Below are positions 53,798 to 64,000 of a stretch of 64,000 nt of DNA, in pieces. The stretch spans positions 9,270,485 to 9,334,484 of the forward strand of contig NC_134027.1 in assembly GCF_964204645.1 (NCBI RefSeq), given 5' to 3'. Within the stretch, counting starts at the first letter, position 1. Every line of letters starts with the position of its first letter. Position numbers and translations under genes: made by a program. The notes below the pieces were generated by a model. It saw nothing but the letters and a program-made list of their open reading frames with translations, was not told the origin of the DNA and searched no databases. This DNA comes from Tubulanus polymorphus (lineage: Eukaryota; Animalia; Nemertea).

Positions 53798-54261
53798 ATG
53801 GTTCTAAACGGTTTCGCCAACTCGGAACGAATTCGTGTGTTGTTTTCGCGTATCTGTGAATGTGATCAGCACGACGTCATGATGATTCGCCGCGGGCATA
53901 GTCGATTAGACGCGTAAACCTAATTCGCGCGACGCGTTTTAGCCTTTTAAACACGTTAGGTACAATTCGATGTTTTATTCAACGCGAAATTTCACACGAT
54001 CGCTGATGATTTAAAAGTTGATACGCGAGATAATAATGAAAAAAAGAAAATCGAATATAAGATGATGAAAGTTACCATGTATGTAAGATTCGTTCGGAGA
54101 TGTTGGATATGGAATGAAATTAGATACATGGTCCGTCTACGTGATGACAACTGATTCTGAATATCAATCGCCAGAAGTGAGTTAAGATTAATATACCAAA
54201 ATGACGTATCCCATAGATTCTATCGTGTTCATTAGACCCAGAAAACCAAATCCCCAGGCAC

Positions 54262-54591
54262 CAGGGGCGTCACTAGGATATTTCAAAGGCGGGAGGGGTC
54301 AGAAAAAGAAAAAGTGGAACTTATGCCATACTTCACCTGGTATCCGCCGAGCGCTGGAGGCAAACGACTATTTCCGAATCCTTGAAATTGCTTGAATGTT
54401 CTTAAATAGTTTCAATTTTTGAAATTCGAAGCTTTTAGGGGCGTTTTCTGGACGTTTAACCGAGGCAAAATATCGATGACATTTACGGAATGTGAAAAAT
54501 GAAATTTGGAAGTGAAAAAAGCGGGACATGAATTGAAACAGGCCGGATCGTCCGCACCCCAGCCCCCGACCGACCTCTAGTGACACCCATG
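54262..54591. mobile_element. hAT-like MITE
   Basis: TIR caggggcgtcactag / ctagtgacacccatg; no clear TSD. Confidence 0.65.
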
Positions 54592-55641
54592 AGCGCATTA
54601 TAAATTCTGAATCGAGCCTTATTCAATTGGTCATATATTTAAGTACGAACTGAAAACACTGAAATTGCTTTTAAAAATCCCCACACAGCGTAATTGTTTT
54701 GTCATTTTCACGCGAGACAACGACGTGCGCATTTAGTGAAAAAATTGCTATCGATGAATGAGAAATCGTTATTTCAAAAACTTCATCGATCGCTCTTGCG
54801 AGCGAGCTATTTATAGCGACCAAATCGAAATATTACAATCGATTTCAATTGAACAATTATTCTGGAAATACAGCATATGCAAAGAAATTAAAACGCGAAT
54901 ATACGATATGATGATATGTAATGATCGATTTAAGCGGTTATGCGAAATATTACAGCGATATTGAAAGATTAATTCAATAGAATTTTCTACACATGCAGAA
55001 ACACGAAACGAAATCGTCTGAAATCTTCGGGTTACGCCCTTAAATTTTCAATACTACCGGCATCTAATTTTCTCATCCTCGGCATTATTTTCCATTGATT
55101 ACCTTGTTATGTATATCGCGAAATGAATAGGCCTTCAAAAAACGCCAAGACTCTATTCCACATTTTTAGTTACATTTAAGTCATTTTAAGTCATTTCAAA
55201 ATATTCTATTTGGAGTAAAATCTTAACGCCCAAGTGGAACCACGTCCTGAATTGGCGAACATGAAATGATTCTGTCATCGGTTAGATGTTACGAATAACG
55301 ACCTTTGCCTTGGTAAAATTGTCATCAATGCAGTGAGCCTGGAGCTCTTTCGCAATCATATCAGCAACATTAAAGGTGATAACTCGATCACGTGACATGA
55401 AAAACCTCACCCGCCAAAAGCACCAGAGGCAAAAATATTTACGGAGGATCACATCCCCATAGCTGTCACAAATTTCCCGCGAGAGGAAGTGAAATACCCA
55501 CAACAGCCAATAGCGAACAATTATAATCAAACGAGATATCGTGAGCAACTTCATCCCGTCATCGAAAAGCCGTCAGTCGTCGATACCTTGCATCGGTGCA
55601 ACCCGAGGGTGAAAGGTCAGATATAGAGTAAGCGGACTTAC

Positions 55642-56154
55642 CGTTTGTAATCGACGTTCGGTCCTAACCGCGTGTAAGACCATCGCGTTGCCGACGAAAG
55701 TCAAGACGCACAACGAAAATAAAACGAACCCCAACAATATATCAATCAACAAATTCCATCGGTGCCGATGGTCGTCGCCGGAATATCCGTTGGTTGCATT
55801 AGCGGCGGTCGTATTATCCGAACAATTCATTAATCCCAGCGCTACGGACGAGATCTCTGCTGAATTCGATAGGTAGATGTCGTTGAGCCGTTCCCGCATC
55901 AGTGGAAAGCTCCCGTTCGCGGAAACTAGGACGTCCGGCGATAGATTTGAGCGATTGAACAGTCTGTAAGTCGCGCTGCCGCAAGGGTCGCCGCCGGCCG
56001 AGTAGTCCGAAATTGAGCGATTGTCGAATGGAAACGAAGTAAACGGCGGTGTAGGGGGTAGAACGGTAGCCGCACCGTTGTCCTGAATTTCGCTGCCGTT
56101 GAAATCATCGTAAACGATAACATCGGAAACGTTCGTCGAAAATGCCAAATTCAT
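55642..56154 (-). CDS. HRH1: Histamine H1 receptor-like GPCR, coding exon 1 (N-terminus and TM1, 171 aa)
   Basis: Sequon-rich N-terminus, TM1 LTFVGNAMVLHAVRTERRLQT, then GTAAGT donor (GT at 55641-55640). Joins exon 2 in phase 0 to give ERRLQTVSNMFI (human H1: ERKLHTVGNLYI). Confidence 0.93.
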
Positions 56155-56157
56155 CTC

Positions 56158-56214
56158 TTACGAAATATTTACGGTAGCGCAACGGTGCACGGATGTCATG
56201 AGTTTGATGTCCAT
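56158..56214 (-). promoter_or_regulatory. Upstream ORF (MDIKLMTSVHRCATVNIS*) in frame with the receptor ATG
   Basis: acgATGG start, 18 codons, then TAA GAG ATG (main start). Confidence 0.55.
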
Positions 56215-57413
56215 CGTTGATCGATCACCAAAACCACTGAAATAACACCTAGTTTCAAATGAATCTGTATTTGCGGAAGATATTCGCCAAAACTTTTGTT
56301 CATCTTAGTACAGTCGCTTTCATACGGACATTTCATGTGCCGAGATGTATTCACGAGGCCCGAAGCGATTTCCGTGTTTGCGCAAATAACGAATCGTCGA
56401 ATATTTCATAATCCTCTGACAACAACGTTTCGACTCGACCTATCAGTATCGCAACCGGCAAATGAGCAACTGTGATATACGCGTCAGGAAACAGCGACGC
56501 CACACGTTTGTTTTTCAGCGAGAAAAACGCTGGCAGTCGATCAGTCAGTCTGCCTCAGCGCTCCGCTTCGCACGGTAGGTTACTGTTTTCGCGCGCTTGC
56601 TTGTCACAACCCGGCTTACACGTATTCGCACCAACGCAAGTGTGCTAAGAAACGTCATTTTCAACTGCTTTATCGTCGTCCATTATATTTCATTCCCTTA
56701 TTTATTGTCAGTATTATCATCGAAGGCTAAATCTATTAATTGGGCCAAGGTATCCGTTTGTAACCACACCCTAGAAATAACGTCTTTATTATCCATCACT
56801 TCTTCCGTATTCCTTTCCCGGAGACACATATCCGTGAAATTTGCTACACGGATTTATAGTAAGGATATAGTTACCCGCTTCATCGTGGGAAATCATCCAA
56901 ATGAAACAAATATCTTCCTCCGGAAAGTTATTTCATATAAGTTCATTGGGCCGTAATTATGCTGTTCGCGGAGGCTATTCACTGAGGACAGTTAGCATCC
57001 AATGACTACGCGCTGAAAATCTGATAGATTTAATGAGTTATTTTGTGCTTACTATTGGAAACCGTATATCTCTCATTACAACCCAATATCATCAATTTTT
57101 CTGTATTTCGAATAGCAACCTTGTATACATTGTACTTCAATACTGACGTTGTTTCTGTTTCTGGTGTATTTTCGGAATTTTCTCAATGTACGAAATATGA
57201 ATTAAGGTATATATCGAATAGAGCGCTGATGAATGTTCTTTCCATTAGTATTCGAACGTACATTATTGAAAAAGTGTTAAATAATCGGCTGAAATACTGA
57301 CCGATGAGCACTTATTTCTAGTCATCTATTCATCAAAACTATTGACAGATATAATGTTCAATTTCAGTAAAATCATCTACAACTATTAAGAGAAATTACT
57401 GGAAAAAAAACGC

Positions 57414-57484
57414 GCAGTCATCGTAGTTCGAACCCGGGTCTCGCATGAAGAAAGCAAGCTCGCTAACAGTATACTATAAGAGCC
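57414..57484 (-). pseudogene. Degenerate tRNA-like sequence (SINE head or tRNA pseudogene)
   Basis: Minus strand reads ctcttatagtatactgttagcgagcttgctttcttcatgcgagacccgggttcgaac: A-box-like and B box at tRNA spacing; acceptor stem not intact. Confidence 0.5.
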
Positions 57485-59230
57485 AGATTACTTGGCCCTT
57501 GGAGTGTCCTAGCTTGGCCAGTGGTTAGCGTGTCCTATGTGCGTGACACTGCCATCCTTCTAATGTAGTAGGACATTATATTCCTCATAAGTTGTAGATG
57601 AAGATGTATCTACCGTGAGGATCGAGGATGTGGCGACTGGAACTAACTGTAACAAGGGAATTGACGGTGGAATAACGCGCACTCATTTCCTTCAATAGGG
57701 AAAATCTGACTTCATCGAAAATAAGTTGTTTATTGATTTAAGTGATTTGTTTGAATCTCGTCAAGGTATACATTTCAGCATTTCTAAGACATTATTTACA
57801 AACATGAGTTTTGCTTCATAACGCAAGTGAACTAATGAAATATTAGAATTTTCGATTTGATTATTTATGGTCTGAACGTTAAAAAAATGCTAGGAAACAT
57901 CAACATCCATGAGATATTGACATTTTTGAATTCAATTATTCATGCTCGACAATGTAAGATCGGGCTAGGAAACATCGACGTCAATGGGTATATCAATTTC
58001 AGTCGTCTTTGTGTGTAAGAAATTACCGCAACAACTGATCTAAAATTACACGAATCGACAATAAAACATTGAAGCACTAATCCGCGAAACCGAAACTTCA
58101 TCAATTCTAGAATACACCATGTATATGCATTTCCAACGTATACATAGGTTGACTGGGTAATCTTATAAATTACTTCGAGGTAATGACAGTTGCCAGCATT
58201 GTGGGATGCTGTAGTTTTTCGAACGTTTGACGTTAAAAACTGGGATTCGAAAATATTTCAGTTATACTTTTTTAATGAACAAATATTTGTCGCACACCAT
58301 AACGAAACATGTTGTGTCCTTATCGCTCGAAGTACTCACCTTTCAGATTGTAATACTCCGACGAGATTTTTGCACCGACTGCGACAGATTAATCATAATG
58401 TCAATATACTGATGAACCATCGTTGCCCTTTTCAGGGCAATAAAGGACTTTTTCTTTGAAACCGGTTTTTATGTAAAATAGCATAGAGTAAACTCATACG
58501 TTCTATTTTTATTCATAACACTGACCAAAACCTGACCAATTGTTGAACACGTAAAAAGAAAGAGAACGATCGCGGTCTTAAAAACAAATGACAGTAAAAA
58601 AGGATTTTAGGGTACGAACTAATGTGTGCGACCAGTTCATTTCGGACACGGAGATACGTCCGTTTCGTTTATGAAAACAACTGAAAGTATATAAAGCACG
58701 AGAAATGAGGCGTGGTGATAGATTCTAAATGATTTCATATTTAGAATAAAACAACTTTCGCCATACACGATGGTCGTGATATTTTGAAGAAATCGTGATG
58801 ATTTTGCGTGAAATTTCGCGTCTTTGTTAGGGCCTATTTTTGATAGCTTGGTTCAAGGGGGTAGACCTATTCAAACATAATTTTGGAGTAGGAAAAAGAA
58901 ATTTAAAAAATCCCTCAGCAAGATAAAATCATTTCTATCATTTTCATCAAGGAGGGAACTGTCAAGGATAGGGCAATATTCATATGTCCAATGATTCTTG
59001 GAAAGTTCGAATGCTGCACACTGCGATCAAAAAAGAACCTCGCATTCAAGCCGGTATTCTCATTCGGCGGCGAAGAGAAAAACTGAAAAATAATTTCGCT
59101 CAATTTTTCAACGAATTCGATCGCACGGAAGGGAGTGAAAAAAATTAAATCTATTTCTATTAGAATTCTATTCAAATTTCGGAGGTGGTTCCCGTAAACC
59201 AAGTTATTAGAAGAAGATGACCTTATGGTT

Positions 59231-59252
59231 TGTGTGTGTGTGTGTGTGTGTG
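59231..59252. repeat. (TG)n microsatellite
   Basis: tgtgtgtgtgtgtgtgtgtgtg. Confidence 0.9.
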
Positions 59253-59928
59253 GTTCGTTTTCTCGCTATGATATGCGCCACCCATTCTGTGCACATTTTT
59301 CACTTAAAAAAACAATGAATTCCTATCGGGAATAACAAGTTTCACCAGTGAAAGTGACCGCATGCCCTAATCATACATAATACATAATTTGCTTTGAACT
59401 AGCACATCCCGCCGATGTGATTTACTATTTTTCGCCGTGTACGCCCACCTAACGTCGGTGTACGCGCAGTGAGTGTCCATTACTGGCCAACCGACCGACG
59501 GAGCTTTCTGCGGCGGTCGAAACGATATCACATCTCAGCGGATGATCAAACGGTGGATGTAATTTGAGATGATTGCACGATTTCCAGATACTTCCTCCGC
59601 TGTCGTTTATTTTCGACACAAAGGTCAAAACAGGCCACGGTGTTATTCATTACTTGCTGTTGTTGTCGTCGTTTGCCGTGGCTTTCTGATGTGTAAACGA
59701 ATTATTGCAACCCGCCATGACATGCCGGGTCCTATAAACTTATCCTCTACAAGAGATGATAGACTTTTCTGGAAAATCGAAATTTAAAGCTTTTACACAC
59801 AAGATTCGTACGAGAAAAAATGGATTTCGATCACTTATAATGTCTCGAATCCTTTCTACTTTCATACACTACTAAATCTTTCAAAACATCCATAACTACG
59901 ACTGATTTCCTTAAAGCGCCAAAGCTGG

Positions 59929-60170
59929 TCCGTGCCGAGTGGGATCAGAGGTAGAACGAACCGCTAAAAATTGCCCTTCAAAGTGCCCTTCAAACAGTCA
60001 GTGTGAAAAGATTCGGGAAATTTGGATTAAATTTTCATGTTTATTTTTTAGAAAATTAAAAGTAATCCATTATCAAATGATTTATTCCGATACTCGAAAG
60101 ATCTGTTCTTTTTCAATAGGAAAGTGCCCTTTTCATGCAATAGAACTACACCTCAAAAAAGCTGGACACT
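59929..60170 (-). repeat. Repeat family H inverted copy
   Basis: aatagaact.c.cctcaaaaaagct is the reverse complement of the family H start. Confidence 0.65.
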
Positions 60171-60515
60171 AGGGATCACCACATTAAGCTCGAATGAAAT
60201 AATACATGCGGTGAATGTGAAGTCGGTGTCATTCCGAGGTGATGGCCGGCTATTTTGCGTGACGTATATGCGACTCTTCCGCGATAGGAAATTAGTCTCC
60301 GTATTATCCTTGTATTATTACGATAAGTGGATATAACGCCGACGACGAGTCCTATCGGTTTGTTGTTTGCATCTTCTTGATTGCACAGGTAGCTCAAAGG
60401 ATAACTGCATTACTTCGTCCCGTAAATAAAGACGATCCTATGGACACGGCGTTTTTTCTTTTTACTATCAGTATGTCGTGACCTATCTGATGGAAAATCT
60501 GCAGCAAGAAACGAC

Positions 60516-60673
60516 ATAAGTTTAAAACCCACTAGAAACAGATTTCACTATACACAGAATTCGTGCTGTATCAAAAGCGAATTTCATTTATCACGAATTA
60601 AAATCAAAATACACGACGTTTCGAACCCGATCACATTATTCTAAATTCTGTATATAGTGGGTCTTAAACTTAT
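60516..60673. mobile_element. Small inverted-repeat element
   Basis: ataagtttaaaacccacta / tagtgggtcttaaacttat and cactatacacagaatt / aattctgtatatagtg. Confidence 0.7.
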
Positions 60674-61840
60674 TATCTGTTCGCCACGTTTGTGCGTGGC
60701 TATTCTACCTCCAAGAAAGAAACTAAACACGAACGCCGCGTATTAAGCAGATAAGCATATTCGTGGCAAATATTCATAAACAAGAATGCGACGAAAAATT
60801 TGACTGAAACCGATATAGTGTAAAAAATGCAGGAAATTGTGTAATACCTCAGAGCAGATGTTGTATATTGCGTAATTGAAATTCAACGACGGAATAAATA
60901 AGAATATTGGCTGATGAGTTATTCCCGTTCTGACGCATTGTCAGAAGGAAAATATCATTCATGATATATCGAATTAATTAGCAATGAAAAAAAAACGATG
61001 CAACATATTTCTTCGTCGGTACGAAACGCTATACCACTCGGTACGTGACGATAATGGAATTCCATTGAAACGTTAGTCCAATTTTATGAGGCGTACGTTG
61101 AACTCGATCCGCCCGCAGCGTGTTCGCCAATCTCATATTCTGTCATTATTGATGATTAACTCATCGAGTTATTATTGGTGTGAAGTATCTCTTAACTTCG
61201 ACGCGAAAGAGCGCCGCGCGGTTCTACCGAAATAATCATATACGAACGCCGATGAAATGATAATATCACGCCCGCCAGATTATTAAATTCGGTTTGATTT
61301 CGAAATACCGAGGGTACTCAGAGATAAATGAATTGGCAAGATGGCTATGATGAAGAGAGTACCGGTGTAAAAGACGAACGCCCGGAGACATTAACCGACA
61401 TCCCTTGATTCTAAAATCCCATCGATAGTTGACGCGAAGTCACCGCTGTCAATTACTAAGGAAACGAGCGACACTTTAATGATCTCACATCCAATAAGTT
61501 TGTTATAAGAGAAACTGCGATGACGATGAGTACCTGAACGCGCTTTCGTTGATTTTTACTTTCTCGTTCTCAAGTTCGAAAAGGGTTCACGTCTCAGGTC
61601 AAAAAGCTTGAACGGTAAGCTTGATGATTCCGGCAATTTCTAGAAGTTCCCTGGTTTCGCACGTGCTTAGACGGCGGTTTTTCCTTGGAGTAATCATTAC
61701 TATGGTATGATTTCTCGGGCATAGTTTCGGTGGTATCATCCCGGGCCCAAGTGTAGAAAACGGGGTAATGGTGCGAGGTTGTAGGAACTACATACGTTGG
61801 TAGTGATTCGGGTTCTTTATTTTGACGTAATTCGAAGACC

Positions 61841-61966
61841 CACTGACTGACAGGTGACATGGTATACTGGGTGACTGAATGACTGTATGATTGGCCGACT
61901 GGTCGACTGGATAACTGCGCAACTGGACGACTGGATGACTAGATTACTGGGTGACTGGGTGACTGC
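61841..61966. repeat. Degenerate 8-bp tandem repeat (GACTGGRT)n
   Basis: gactgaat gactgtat gattggcc gactggtc gactggat ... tactgggt gactgggt gactg. Confidence 0.8.
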
Positions 61967-63612
61967 ATACTCTGTAGCGCGGATGGATATAGATATGATT
62001 CGTGTGATTCATACTGGATTCATCTTAACCGGATCCTTACACTATGGACCCGAAACGATTCTATGTACGTACGTGGTTTTGCGCATGCTCCTCGATGACC
62101 GCCGTGTTATACATGCTATGATTAAACCAGAGGAAAGACGCATAAACCGTATGGTTATGCGAATCGGAGGTCTACGATAATCATGGGAATGTAATTCACG
62201 CTGCAGGTGATCGAACGATAAACACCGATTAATGCCAAATGAAGAGGAAGTCGCTTGTAATCGCTTTTTCTATTTATGAGATGCTGGCGATAGCCGATCA
62301 GCGATATAGCCGCGGCGAAACGCCACCCTGGCACTTGTTGCGTACAAAGCACGATAAAAAGCCGCATAAAATACATTTACTGATCAACAAGGCCCAATTT
62401 CCGATTATCAAGGTCCTAAAATACGACTATTCGATTACGTGATCATACTTTATGCACGTTAAAGATATCCAGCGTCGGACAAAAAGCTGATATCCCACTT
62501 GAAACCGAACTAACACGTAGATATGTCGTTTTCATATGAGGTGAGATCATATCATATTGATTGCTTTTCCGTAAATATTTTTCAATCAACAAATATTTTA
62601 TAAAGCATTCCGAGCCTAATGATCATTTGCAGATGATGAATTATTTCGAAATCGTACACAAAGCTTCCTAAGATTCGAGACCACAGTATCGCTCAAGACA
62701 TGCACCCAATCCACAGAAATTGCACAATAATCCAGATAAATATATATATATATATAAATAAATATATATAAAATATATATAAACTTCTATTTAAGAACCT
62801 TTCATATTTGGCTGAATTATCATCATCATTTATTGAATTACATGAATTGTCATGAACTTTCATCTTACACACGGATATTGTGTATCATCTCGACATACAT
62901 TCGCACAGATTCTCTTATGTCCATCGAAACGATCTAATTTTCTTCATACCTCTACTGAATTTGTATTTTCAGTAGAATTCATATCGCCATATAGTTATTT
63001 AGAGCATCATAAAGTCAAGTGAATATCATTCATAAAATCATATTCGCTTGCGTTACCCTGATGTGATTTATTCGTTTGTAACAAATAAGAATGGAAACCA
63101 ATACCTGAAAAAGCACTTGCCACTGTCATAAAATCTTTTACGATCACGATCGTAAATTCAGCGTCAATGCGTCATCGATACAGACGATATAGAGATGTGT
63201 CTGCAATCTATTTTTTTCCAAAAAGTATTTCTATAAGTTCAATCATCAGTGGTAGAGCCGATGTTTTGTAATAGCAATTTCAGATTTCAGGTCTTCGGGT
63301 ACACGCTTACCACCAAGAATTGTTTTATGGCTCGTAAGAATTCTTCGTTTATACTTGAGTTGTTTAAAGTTTCTAACGTTATTTACTCTTATCTTAAGTA
63401 GATGTTTCCCCTTATAGTTTCAGTCTTAATCATATGCTTACAACGGAAACTAACATACTTATATTCAAATTTATTCATAAAATATAATATATACATCAAA
63501 AATCTATTAACATTACCAAATAACCAAAAGCAATGTATTTCATCAATCAGTTGTCAAGTATAAATACTCTGGCAAATCAAATATATATCTCCATTGAATT
63601 CAAATCGAAAAA

Positions 63613-63836
63613 TTATTCATAAGAGGAAATGGGCCTATATGAACGTATAATTGAGCTTTGAAACATCAGTGATGTCCACTGTGCCCATGTTTGTGTTGAT
63701 GTGTGGGTCTGTGTCCGGTACCGTGGTGTCCACGGTTGCATTGGATGGTTGCGTCCCGACTTCTTAACAACTGCGTCCATACGTGTTGGGACGACCTTCT
63801 GATCGTACAACAGTTCGATACATCCCTGCTCACTAC
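63613..63836 (-). other. Candidate terminal exon of a gene extending beyond the window
   Basis: GC-richer island in AT-rich DNA, preceded on the minus strand by ctgcttttag; two open frames; minus-strand AATAAA near 63470. No recognisable domain. Confidence 0.25.
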
Positions 63837-64000
63837 CTAAAAGCAGCCAAATAAGAAGCATTAAATTCGAATATTTTATCAACAATGGAGGAGAGGAAGC
63901 TACGCTAAGGCCTACCCGGTATTGTTAAGACATGTGTTAAATTGGCCTCAAATCTGAATATATTAGTTTACTAACAGATTAAGATTCTAGGCCATTTAAA

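Larger units (their letters stand above)
6744..55641 (-). other. 48,898-bp phase-0 GT-AG intron of the H1-like receptor
   Basis: GTAAGT donor and ttcattacag acceptor; splicing restores the canonical ICL1 with no missing residues. Confidence 0.9.

Noticed and set aside
55573-55641. C-terminal tail of the 193-aa ORF
   Set aside because: Read-through past the GTAAGT donor; intronic.
6744-55641. Recursive splice sites on the receptor (minus) strand
   Set aside because: No convincing pyrimidine tract-CAG|GTAAG seen on the minus strand by eye; the only clear one is on the plus strand at 29257-29269.
61841-61966. Regularly spaced repeats (also 15256-15512) as a CRISPR array
   Set aside because: Eukaryotic context, degenerate tandem units without unique spacers, no cas genes.

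Overview
Animal (most likely invertebrate, probably lophotrochozoan; taxon is inference) genomic DNA with three minus-strand genes. (1) A histamine H1 receptor-like class A GPCR of 714 aa in two coding exons (55642-56154 and 5112-6743) separated by one 48,898-bp phase-0 GT-AG intron. (2) About 1.6 kb downstream, a five-exon METTL27/WBSCR27-like SAM-dependent methyltransferase of 239 aa (3525 to 1947), largely missed by the ORF track. (3) An intronless orphan peptide/chemoreceptor-type GPCR (876 to beyond the window start), absent from the ORF track. The large intron and flanks hold many non-autonomous elements: a 1.77-kb element with 502-bp inverted arms, a Helentron/HINE-like family (4 copies), an 8-bp-TSD element with tRNA-B-box-like termini, other MITEs, SINE-like pieces and LINE relics. 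Most short ORFs in the track are spurious. All alignments were done by eye; no database searches were run.
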